Source of the DNA: a virus
Reading direction: 5' to 3' (one strand)
Length of the DNA: 40,649 bases
IMG/VR virus record: IMGVR_UViG_3300020138_000004
Coordinates: 1 to 40,649 of that record
Shown piece after piece: positions 25,594 through 32,427 of the stretch; position 1 is the stretch's first letter, and each line of letters starts with the position of its first letter. A program made the translations under genes and the position numbers. Under the pieces are notes generated by a model. It was not told the DNA's origin, made no database searches, and saw only the letters and a list, made by a program, of their open reading frames with translations.

Positions 25594-26045
25594 CAGCCAA
25601 ACATCATTACGCCGGTTCCGCGCACTTCACCATCCTGCACCATTTTTGGGGCAAACTTTGTCTTGGCCGCGCTTTCGGCCTGGCGCTTGATCACATGCAT
25701 GGGGATGGACAGGTTGCAGGACTCGCTAATCCCGCGATAGGTAAAGATCACCGTATTGTCACCGGGGAACTTGATATCAAATCCCTCTTTATTGGCAAGC
25801 GGACCCAAAGCCTCAAGGACCTCTTCAGGCGTGTTTTTAAACACTGGCGCCGGGTTCTTTGGTTTAGGCTCTTCCCAGCCTTCCCGCGCTGGCTGCGTAT
25901 TCATCTGCCGGGATGCAAGCTGTTCAACAATCACGCGGCGGATTGTTTCGTCCTTGGAGCGCGGATGCACTTTGATGTCCGCCTTCCCGGCAAATTCCAA
26001 AAGCTGGTCACGGTTCATTTTGCTCAATTCTTCGGGGCGGATCAT
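25593..26045 (-). CDS. Rho_N/SAP-like motif protein, paralogue 1
   Basis: It has an N-terminal LSKMNRDQLLEFAGKADI motif. Domain order matches that of 25219..25593. Confidence 0.45.
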   Translation of the reverse strand: MIRPEELSKMNRDQLLEFAGKADIKVHPRSKDETIRRVIVEQLASRQMNTQPAREGWEEPKPKNPAPVFKNTPEEVLEALGPLANKEGFDIKFPGDNTVIFTYRGISESCNLSIPMHVIKRQAESAAKTKFAPKMVQDGEVRGTGVMMFG

Positions 26046-26284
26046 GCGGCGCCTCCCATCGCATAGTTGTACATATCGTTGGCCATAGCCTCGATTGCCG
26101 TAAACTGAGGGGGCACGCTGGCCTTCTCATAAACCCTCACGGCACGGTCCAGCGCCCAGGCACGGGTTTGCTTTTCGTCATCCGACCGGATTTTGTGAAT
26201 TTCCTCGTTCAGCAGTTCTATATGCTTTGAGAGATATTCAATCGCTTCTTCCTTGGTGCAATCCTCTTTCGGGACTGGGATCAT
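26042..26284 (-). CDS. Hypothetical late-operon protein (80 aa)
   Basis: ORF with overlapping junctions on both sides. No motif recognised. Confidence 0.5.
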   Translation of the reverse strand: MIPVPKEDCTKEEAIEYLSKHIELLNEEIHKIRSDDEKQTRAWALDRAVRVYEKASVPPQFTAIEAMANDMYNYAMGGAA

Positions 26285-26595
26285 TTTTTGGCTCCTTTGC
26301 TGTTAAGAAAACGCTGTATTAACTCTTTGTCCGACTGACTGACTTCCTGCGTTGTGCGAAAAGCCTCTCCTTCCGGATTGGCAATCTGTAGAGGCATGGC
26401 CTTGCCGATGAGCGACATGAACGCACTGGCATTCTTAGATTTTCCCTGCTCCACGAGATAATCCTTGCCCCCCAGATCATCGAGGGCGTCCAGGATCATT
26501 TTCTTGATGTCGCCGGATATACGATTCGGGGTCCCCTTTTTACGTCCGCCTGTTTTGGGGCTTCCTTTGGGTTTTCCAGGTCTTCCATTTGCCAT
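26281..26595 (-). CDS. Basic N-terminus protein (GRPGKPKGSPKTGGRKKGTPN), possible DNA-binding/packaging accessory
   Basis: The Gly/Lys/Pro-rich N-terminus resembles proteins found next to terminase genes in some phages (recalled as DUF5681-like, unverified). Confidence 0.4.
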   Translation of the reverse strand: MANGRPGKPKGSPKTGGRKKGTPNRISGDIKKMILDALDDLGGKDYLVEQGKSKNASAFMSLIGKAMPLQIANPEGEAFRTTQEVSQSDKELIQRFLNSKGAKK

Positions 26596-26606
26596 ATCTA
26601 GTACAC

Positions 26607-26738
26607 AATCGTTATGTTATTTCTTGTTACTTTTGCCGGCTTTGCTCATGGCGATAGCAACGGCCTGTTTCTGGGGTTTTCCGGTGAACATTTCTGTCTT
26701 GATGTTTTGGGAAATCGTTTTATTGGACGATCCTTTTT
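26607..26738 (-). CDS. 43-aa Lys-rich protein, first ORF after the late terminator
   Basis: Hand translation [51 protein letters not shown] lies 7 nt upstream. It is below the ORF-track cut-off. Confidence 0.45.
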
Positions 26739-26767
26739 TCAGCGGCATTCATGGCTCCTTTGGATGC

Positions 26768-26793
26768 AAAAACCCCCGCTCGAATGGCGGGGG
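26768..26793 (-). terminator. Intrinsic terminator between the late promoter and the late genes
   Basis: Hairpin CCCCCGC-TCGAATG-GCGGGGG (26773..26793) followed on the minus strand by TTTTT (26772..26768). Confidence 0.7.
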
Positions 26794-26926
26794 TGAATTG
26801 AGAACGTGACCGCCTTAGCGGCCCGTTAGCCTGTTCTGCATCATGGCAGATTGGCAACAAAAAACCGGCGCGAACAATTCGGCCAGTTGGTGATGCGCTT
26901 AAGGCGCAAATCGAACGAATATCAAG

Positions 26927-26955
26927 ATTATGACGAAAACCGCCTGACTCGTCAA
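26927..26955 (-). promoter_or_regulatory. Near-consensus sigma70-type promoter (candidate late promoter)
   Basis: On the minus strand: TTGACG (26955..26950), 17-nt spacer, CATAAT (26932..26927). The -35 overlaps the stop codon of the upstream gene. A second -10-like GATATT lies at 26923..26918. Confidence 0.55.
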
Positions 26956-27437
26956 ATATTTTCTTGATCCCCCCATCCGGCCAGGACGCAATATTCATTC
27001 AGGCCGTAGCGCAGGAGCCGATTGGCCGTATCCCTTCCTATGCGCTCATCGGTCTTGATCTGATCTATACTATGCTCTTCCTGACAGACCCGACAACAAA
27101 TCGTAAGTGCCATGGGGGAGTATTTCCAGAGAACCCCGCGCCATTCCGCATAGCGCTTGTTGATATCCATCGCCCACGCACTCAAATCCTCTGCTTTCAT
27201 CCCCGATACCCTGCCATAGCCCATCGTGCGGTAGAATCCGGGGTTGTCGATCAGGTTCTTGGCCATGGCGATCTCAACCATCGCGTCCTGCATTGGCCCT
27301 GTCAGCGAGGCCATAAGCTCATACACGGCTTTTTTTTGGAAAAATACCGTTGTTTGGCGTTCCCCGCTCAATCGCCCCTGCACGGCAACAATCTCACCGG
27401 ATTCCAATTTTGCCTTGATATATTCGATGTCGCTCAT
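26952..27437 (-). CDS. Candidate late-gene regulator (Q-like antiterminator or activator; family not recognised)
   Basis: 161 aa with a C-terminal CCRVC motif and an HTH-like SIDQIKTDERIGRDTANRLLRYGL segment. It is the last early gene, abutting the promoter-leader-terminator unit. Function is inferred from position. Confidence 0.4.
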   Translation of the reverse strand: MSDIEYIKAKLESGEIVAVQGRLSGERQTTVFFQKKAVYELMASLTGPMQDAMVEIAMAKNLIDNPGFYRTMGYGRVSGMKAEDLSAWAMDINKRYAEWRGVLWKYSPMALTICCRVCQEEHSIDQIKTDERIGRDTANRLLRYGLNEYCVLAGWGDQENI

Positions 27438-27757
27438 GCTACCCCCTGATATTTGTTTACGATTGCGTCTGCGAGTTCCGAGAGCATGGGCTTGTCCCCC
27501 ACGCCTGTTTTCCGGCGGATATCCCCGATGACCTGAATCAGGAACATGGTTTCATCATCCACAATTTCGATGTAGCGGCTCCTGCCGTAAACCCTGCGAA
27601 TTTTGCCGTTCGCTTCAAGGCCGGACACAATCCGGTGAATTCCGGACTTCGATTTCACCCCCAGATGGTCCAGCATATCCGCATAAGATGGGCTGTACCC
27701 ATGCTGCTCGATGTAGGATTTGATGAACTTTAAACATTCTGCCTGTTTTGGTGTCAT
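27434..27757 (-). CDS. LexA N-terminal DNA-binding-domain-like protein without a protease domain
   Basis: MTPKQAECLKFIKSYIEQHGYSPSYADMLDHLGVKSKSGIHRIVSGLEANGKIRRVYGRSRYIEIV follows the LexA winged-HTH pattern. Total length is only 107 aa. Confidence 0.65.
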   Translation of the reverse strand: MTPKQAECLKFIKSYIEQHGYSPSYADMLDHLGVKSKSGIHRIVSGLEANGKIRRVYGRSRYIEIVDDETMFLIQVIGDIRRKTGVGDKPMLSELADAIVNKYQGVA

Positions 27758-27766
27758 TTAAACCTC

Positions 27767-29167
27767 CTATACGTCCGCCCATTCAAAGCGGTTGATTGAA
27801 CTGTTGAACCTGAAATTCTTAAGCCCCGGCTTCCCGATGATGTCGTGATAGCGGGATTTTGAGCAGACGATCTCCACGGCTGGGCTGCTATCGTCCGGCC
27901 TGTGAACGACAAGCCCCACGTCCGCCTTGTTTGCCCAATGGGCAGAATCCGAAATGCTGTAAAGGGTTGGACGTGGATACTTCCCGTCCGTCCCCCTGCT
28001 CAATTTCGTGGGGTGCGCCACAACCATCATGTGGACGTTGTAGGTTCTGGCAAACCCTTTGATCCTGCGAATTGCAGAGCCGACATACTCGGTCAGGGAT
28101 TGGTTTCTATCGGTTTGATGCTCCAGCTCGTTCCACGGGTCTAAAACGATCACCTGTGCGCCGAATTGCTTTACGGCTACGGCGGATCGCTCAAGGAACC
28201 ACCCCAAATCCAGCGTGTCCGAAAGCCTCTGTTCGTCGGACGGGTAGATGAAGCTGAAATGCTTGTCGATCCATTCGTTGGCTTCACCGTTGAGCAAATC
28301 ACCATCGCCTGCATACCAGCGTTTCAGGTTGCGGAGGTGATCCTGCGTCGGGTGCTGCTCGAAGGATGAAAAGCAAACCTTGATGCCGTGTTTCTTCACT
28401 ACCCGCGCCAAAAGGTCGTTTACGAACGTCGATTTCCCATGTGAAGGGATTCCGGTCACAACCGAAAAATCGCCCAAGCGAAGTTTGAAGTTTTCCTCGA
28501 ACCCCGTAAAGCCCGTTTCAAAAACCTTGCTATCCGGCATGGGCGGCAGATCGGAAGCCTTGAATACTCCATCGACCTGAATCCATTGCTGGGTTGCGAT
28601 GGACTTCCTCACGCCTTCAACCCCGTATTTTTTCAGTGCGTCGTTGAGGTCTTTGCAATCCTTGGGGTATTTTACCCATTTGCACATATCCCGCCCGATT
28701 TTGATGGACAGATCGTGCAAGAGGTTCGCCCCGTTCTTATCGCTGTCCACGGCCAGAATGACATAGGGGCAGTGTGCGCGGATCGTTGGTATGATGCCCC
28801 AAAGATAATCATACTTCGCGCCATCCCCTCCGCGCTCGTTCGGTGCGCCATCAGGAACGGATACAACGCGGCTGAATCCTGCCTGTATCGCCGCCCAAGC
28901 ATCCGGCTCGCCTTCCGTGATTATCAGCGGCTCGTTTTCAAGCGTCTGATCGAAAATCACGTCCTGATTGTAAAAGCACTTCACGCCGTCAGGGTCTTGG
29001 TAGAAGCCCTTTTCTGCCAAGCGGCGGTATTTGTGATTTACTATTTCACCAGAACGAACGAACGGAATCTTTGCCCAGATTTCCCCGTTTTTCCGGTGTT
29101 CGGTTACGCCCATCCCAATAACCAGCTCTGGTTCCAATCCCCTGTTTTCCAGCCATTTTTCCAGCAT
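27767..29167 (-). CDS. TOPRIM primase / DnaB-like (RecA-fold) helicase fusion
   Basis: TOPRIM motifs LIITEGEPDAWA and LAVDSDKNG. Walker A VVTGIPSHGKST. Walker B VIVLDPWNEL. The organisation is T7 gp4-like but lacks the zinc-binding domain in this frame. Confidence 0.85.
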   Translation of the reverse strand: MLEKWLENRGLEPELVIGMGVTEHRKNGEIWAKIPFVRSGEIVNHKYRRLAEKGFYQDPDGVKCFYNQDVIFDQTLENEPLIITEGEPDAWAAIQAGFSRVVSVPDGAPNERGGDGAKYDYLWGIIPTIRAHCPYVILAVDSDKNGANLLHDLSIKIGRDMCKWVKYPKDCKDLNDALKKYGVEGVRKSIATQQWIQVDGVFKASDLPPMPDSKVFETGFTGFEENFKLRLGDFSVVTGIPSHGKSTFVNDLLARVVKKHGIKVCFSSFEQHPTQDHLRNLKRWYAGDGDLLNGEANEWIDKHFSFIYPSDEQRLSDTLDLGWFLERSAVAVKQFGAQVIVLDPWNELEHQTDRNQSLTEYVGSAIRRIKGFARTYNVHMMVVAHPTKLSRGTDGKYPRPTLYSISDSAHWANKADVGLVVHRPDDSSPAVEIVCSKSRYHDIIGKPGLKNFRFNSSINRFEWADV

Positions 29168-29354
29168 CGTCGCTTCCTTCCTTGATTACGCCAGCCCACC
29201 CGCAGTGGTGGCAATTGAACAAAATTTCATCGTGTTTCACCGTGACCGAAAGGCATGGATCGCGCTTGTTCCTCCGGCCTTGTGAGCATTTCGGGCAGGG
29301 CTGTTTCCTGCGCTTCGGATCAATGCCCATGTTTCTTGCCTTGTCGGAAATCAT
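29046..29354 (-). CDS. Primase-type zinc-ribbon ORF (102 aa) overlapping the primase-helicase start in another frame
   Basis: MISDKARNMGIDPKRRKQPCPKCSQGRRNKRDPCLSVTV...FNCHHCGWAGVIKEG is a CxxC...CxxC ribbon. The ATG is ATGA-coupled to the upstream gene. The last ~40 codons overlap 27767..29167 out of frame. Confidence 0.55.
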   Translation of the reverse strand: MISDKARNMGIDPKRRKQPCPKCSQGRRNKRDPCLSVTVKHDEILFNCHHCGWAGVIKEGSDDAGKMAGKQGIGTRAGYWDGRNRTPEKRGNLGKDSVRSFW

Positions 29355-30274
29355 AGCCAGTGAACCCCCGTTGATTGGGGCTTGGATTCCTGCACTTCGT
29401 CCTGCCAACGCCCCTCGCTCAACCACGTCGATGGATGAGGTACGAACTGCCAGTCTTCCGTGCCTTTTTTCTTAAGCCAGAGGAGATTCATGGCCCGCCA
29501 ATTTGGAAGGATTTCTTCCAACGCTGCTCGGCTCCTCGCCTTGAGAAATGCTTTTTTTGCCGCGTCCTTGCCGACCTTCTTCGCCGCTATCGGCCAGAAG
29601 TCGTTTTCAAATTCGATCAATCGCGGAGATAAACCTTTAGGTTTATCTTTTTCTGTATCTGTTTCTGTATCTGTTTCTGTATCTGTGATTGCTTGAGCCT
29701 TGCTAGGGCTTGCTAGGGGTGGGACATAGCCTTTTCTGTACGACATTCCCGCCTGATCTATTGAAAATTCACGCTTTTTTGCGTTACAGGCCCGACACGC
29801 GGTGACCAAGTTATCTAGGCTATTATCCCCTCCCTTAATCTCTGGGATGATGTGGTCTAGCGTGAGATTTTTTTCACTAGTGCAATACACGCAAGCATAA
29901 GCATCCCTTGCTAGGACTTGCTTGCGTGTATTCTGATTAACCCATCTCCGCCGAGGCAATCCAAGGCTCTCCCTTTTTTCGCGGTGCCGCTCCTGCTGGT
30001 TGTAAGTGGCTGTGTATTGCCGCTTATCCCAGTTCATTAAGCGTCCATTCTCATCGCAAAAACCCTTGTTATGAAACAGGCGAAACGTTTCTTCTAACGC
30101 TTCATTGTCGATACGCAGGGCAAAAGCGATCTCATCTCTGGTCAGCTTCTCCAATTCGCCGCCGCTATGAAGGCAAAATAACATCACCAATCGGCGTTGC
30201 ATGGCCTCCGGCATGGTCTGCACCTTCGGATCGGTTGCGAATTCGCTGTATAGCCTGAACCATTGATTAGCCAT
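29351..30274 (-). CDS. Replication-organiser-like protein with an embedded HNH domain and a (TDTE)3 repeat
   Basis: The N-terminus WFRLYSEFATDPKVQTM and the C-terminus FWPIAAKKVGKDAAKKAF...PHPSTWLSEGRWQDE resemble phage replication initiation/organiser proteins. The central CVYCTS...LTLDHIIPEIKGGDNSLDNLVTACRACNAKK is an HNH motif. Confidence 0.65.
   Translation of the reverse strand: MANQWFRLYSEFATDPKVQTMPEAMQRRLVMLFCLHSGGELEKLTRDEIAFALRIDNEALEETFRLFHNKGFCDENGRLMNWDKRQYTATYNQQERHREKRESLGLPRRRWVNQNTRKQVLARDAYACVYCTSEKNLTLDHIIPEIKGGDNSLDNLVTACRACNAKKREFSIDQAGMSYRKGYVPPLASPSKAQAITDTETDTETDTEKDKPKGLSPRLIEFENDFWPIAAKKVGKDAAKKAFLKARSRAALEEILPNWRAMNLLWLKKKGTEDWQFVPHPSTWLSEGRWQDEVQESKPQSTGVHWL
29651..29686. 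repeat. Three perfect tandem copies of the 12-mer TTCTGTATCTGT
   Basis: Read directly from the sequence. It encodes TDTETDTETDTE on the minus strand, inside 29351..30274. Confidence 0.95.
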
Positions 30275-30501
30275 TATTCTGCCCCCAATTCCATTTCATC
30301 TGGAAACAAGGACCAACGAATAAGGCTTACCGCCCCTTCTTCGCGGTATGACAGTGCATAATCGTTGAAGCGAAATATCCCATCGTAAAATCGACCGGAT
30401 GCAGCCGCAGTATATTGCTGCTCACCTGTGCCGAAACGATATACAACTATGACATCGGTATTAGGCGGCGGAAGCTGTTCGTTAAAGTTTATGAAATTCA
30501 T
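30274..30501 (-). CDS. DUF551-like small protein (75 aa)
   Basis: The pattern EQLPPPNTDVIVVY...IRWSLFPDE resembles DUF551 (lP....Vlv...W..lP). Recalled from memory. Confidence 0.45.
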   Translation of the reverse strand: MNFINFNEQLPPPNTDVIVVYRFGTGEQQYTAAASGRFYDGIFRFNDYALSYREEGAVSLIRWSLFPDEMELGAE

Positions 30502-30503
30502 CT

Positions 30504-30671
30504 CTATTCCTCCTTCAATCCATTAACTGCTATGGCCCACTGCAACAAAGACGGGCGAATGATCCCCGCCTGATAGAGCGCAGTAAGGCGTTGTTTCTTT
30601 TTTGGGGCAGTAGGGGCAGACAAAGCCGCCCTCACCCCGATGTGCCCGATTGTTTCGCGGATGTGTCTCAT
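30504..30671 (-). CDS. Small hypothetical protein (55 aa)
   Basis: Track ORF trimmed to ATG 30671, which forms an ATGA overlap with the upstream stop. Confidence 0.4.
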   Translation of the reverse strand: MRHIRETIGHIGVRAALSAPTAPKKKQRLTALYQAGIIRPSLLQWAIAVNGLKEE

Positions 30672-30853
30672 TGCTCCACCTTCCGCCAATGTTCGGCATG
30701 CTGGCTGTAGATACGCGCCTGCATGTCGTCTTTTTCTTTCAGGGATGCTTCTGCCAGATCGGCGTACTTTGCCGCGATCTGTGCCGCCGTTCCCCGTAGC
30801 TTCAATTCCCCGCAGCGCGAGGTGTAAATCGGCTTTCTGTGATTTGTTCTCAT
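30668..30853 (-). CDS. DUF4167-like small protein (61 aa)
   Basis: LKLRGTAAQIAAKYADLAEASLKEKDDMQARIYSQHAEHWRKV matches my memory of the alphaproteobacterial DUF4167 core (IRG.A.QIAEKY..LARDA...GD...AENY.QHAEHY). The start is set at the ATGA overlap at 30853. Confidence 0.55.
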   Translation of the reverse strand: MRTNHRKPIYTSRCGELKLRGTAAQIAAKYADLAEASLKEKDDMQARIYSQHAEHWRKVEQ

Positions 30854-31146
30854 CTGCGGCATGTGGCGAACCTCCCCCAATCCGTTGTCCGCACTCTGAC
30901 CTGATCGGCGCGGTAGTCTTTGATGATTTGATGAGCGTAGGCTTGCGAAACGCCCGCCGCTTCGTGTATGTGGCGCAGGGAGTGGCCTTTTGCCGCGAGG
31001 TGGCGGATCATACCGTCAAGAACATGATCGCCCTGTGCGGCCTTTAAAACGTCCGCAAACGCAAATCCGCGCAACGCACAATATCTCTCGATGTCCGCTC
31101 TTACAGACGGGGGGAGTTTTGCGAGGGTTTCGAGTTCTTGGATCAT
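30850..31146 (-). CDS. Helix-turn-helix protein (98 aa)
   Basis: GHSLRHIHEAAGVSQAYAHQIIKDY is HTH-like. The gene is ATGA-coupled on both sides. Confidence 0.45.
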   Translation of the reverse strand: MIQELETLAKLPPSVRADIERYCALRGFAFADVLKAAQGDHVLDGMIRHLAAKGHSLRHIHEAAGVSQAYAHQIIKDYRADQVRVRTTDWGRFATCRR

Positions 31147-31541
31147 GCCGGAAACCCCTTTTTATCTGCTGGCGCGCGCCATTGTTCTTCACGCTCTAAG
31201 AATGAGCCGCCAACAACTGTTTTTTCCCATCCCCACTTTTTCAAGATCGCTTCCATTTGCGAAAACGGGCAAATCACAACTGGGGTGAGTCCATCGCGCC
31301 GTATGCCATCAACCATCTTTCTAAAAGATCCCCTGCCCTGCTGCTTAGCGATGATGGCGATGATGCGAACCTCTTTTCCGTTTTTTGACAGAACGCCATC
31401 ATTCCAATGCCTTTTTGAGAACCATGGCTTTTCACCAACCTTTATTGGCGTGTATCCCTTGGCAATTTCATCCTGCGTCATAGCTTCGACCGGCCCGATA
31501 GCCAGACAGCGAGTCAAAGTTTTCAAGAATTGATCGTTCAT
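31143..31541 (-). CDS. Possible minimal GNAT-fold acetyltransferase (132 aa)
   Basis: VRIIAIIAKQQGRGSFRKMVDGI resembles the GNAT acetyl-CoA-binding beta4-alpha3 motif (Q/R-x-x-G-x-G/A). Weak call. Confidence 0.3.
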   Translation of the reverse strand: MNDQFLKTLTRCLAIGPVEAMTQDEIAKGYTPIKVGEKPWFSKRHWNDGVLSKNGKEVRIIAIIAKQQGRGSFRKMVDGIRRDGLTPVVICPFSQMEAILKKWGWEKTVVGGSFLEREEQWRAPADKKGFPA

Positions 31542-31678
31542 CGCTTCGGCAACTCCTTAATCTTCACCGCGCAGCCCAAAGCCTTAAGCTGATTGCCCTT
31601 CGCAATCGCCTCTCTCATGGTTTTGGCGGTGTGAATTTCTGTTCTGCCGGATGGGTATGTGGCTTCGATGCGGATCAT
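31538..31678 (-). CDS. Small hypothetical protein (46 aa)
   Basis: Hand translation MIRIEATYPSGRTEIHTAKTMREAIAKGNQLKALGCAVKIKELPKR. Both ends are ATGA overlaps. Confidence 0.4.
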   Translation of the reverse strand: MIRIEATYPSGRTEIHTAKTMREAIAKGNQLKALGCAVKIKELPKR

Positions 31679-32427
31679 TGTGCACCTCGTGAAGCCAGTA
31701 TGGCGTTCCCAATTATTTCCGGTATCTGCGGCACAACGGCATTGCCAAATGCCCCTATTGCGTCCAGTTCTTGGGGAAGCCCATTATCATTTCGATCAAT
31801 GTCTTCGCCTGTGTAATTGAAAAATTCGCCCACTGCGGGAAGTAATTGAAGCGCACTTGCCCACCGCGGGTCACTGCGCGGCTTATAGATCGGCGCAAGT
31901 TGGTCTTTGATGTTCGTGTCCAGGCATACGCATCTGTCTTGTTCGGGGTTGGCAAAAATCCAGATGCGATCTCGGCCATGGGGGAGGCCAACGTGGGAAG
32001 CTGGTATGCAATGCCATTCCGAGTCATACCCGACCTGGGCCAAGGCCCCAAGAACCTCTGGTAGCCCTCTATGAAGCAAAGCTGCCACGTTCTCCAGCAG
32101 GAGTTTGGGGCGTCCCACCATGCTAGCGGCTCTAAGGATGTGCCAGAATAATCCAGAACGCTCTCCTTCCAGTCCGGCGCCCCCCCCAGCGTGTGAGATG
32201 TCCTGACAGGGAAAGCCCGCCGTAACCAAGTCCACGGGTTCTTTAAATCTGGCTGTTGTAATGTCATTGTATATCTCCGTTTCACCCCAGTTTTTACGCA
32301 ATGTCGCGTGGCAAGACTTATCAATTTCGCAAAATGCTACTGTTTCAAATCCGCCCGTCCGTTCAAGGCCAAGCGAAAAACCACCGATGCCAGAAAAAAG
32401 GTCGAGGACTTTAAGTTTCTCGCTCAT
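31675..32427 (-). CDS. DNA (cytosine-5) methyltransferase, orphan
   Basis: Motif I VLDLFSGIGGFS, motif IV TAGFPCQDIS, motif VI LLLENV and motif X GNAVVPQI are present. No restriction endonuclease candidate lies nearby. Confidence 0.9.
   Translation of the reverse strand: MSEKLKVLDLFSGIGGFSLGLERTGGFETVAFCEIDKSCHATLRKNWGETEIYNDITTARFKEPVDLVTAGFPCQDISHAGGGAGLEGERSGLFWHILRAASMVGRPKLLLENVAALLHRGLPEVLGALAQVGYDSEWHCIPASHVGLPHGRDRIWIFANPEQDRCVCLDTNIKDQLAPIYKPRSDPRWASALQLLPAVGEFFNYTGEDIDRNDNGLPQELDAIGAFGNAVVPQIPEIIGNAILASRGAQ

Noticed and set aside
31755-32324. 189-aa alternative-frame ORF within the methyltransferase gene
   Set aside because: The frame carrying all the C5-MTase motifs (31675..32427) explains the locus. 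The alternative product has no motif.
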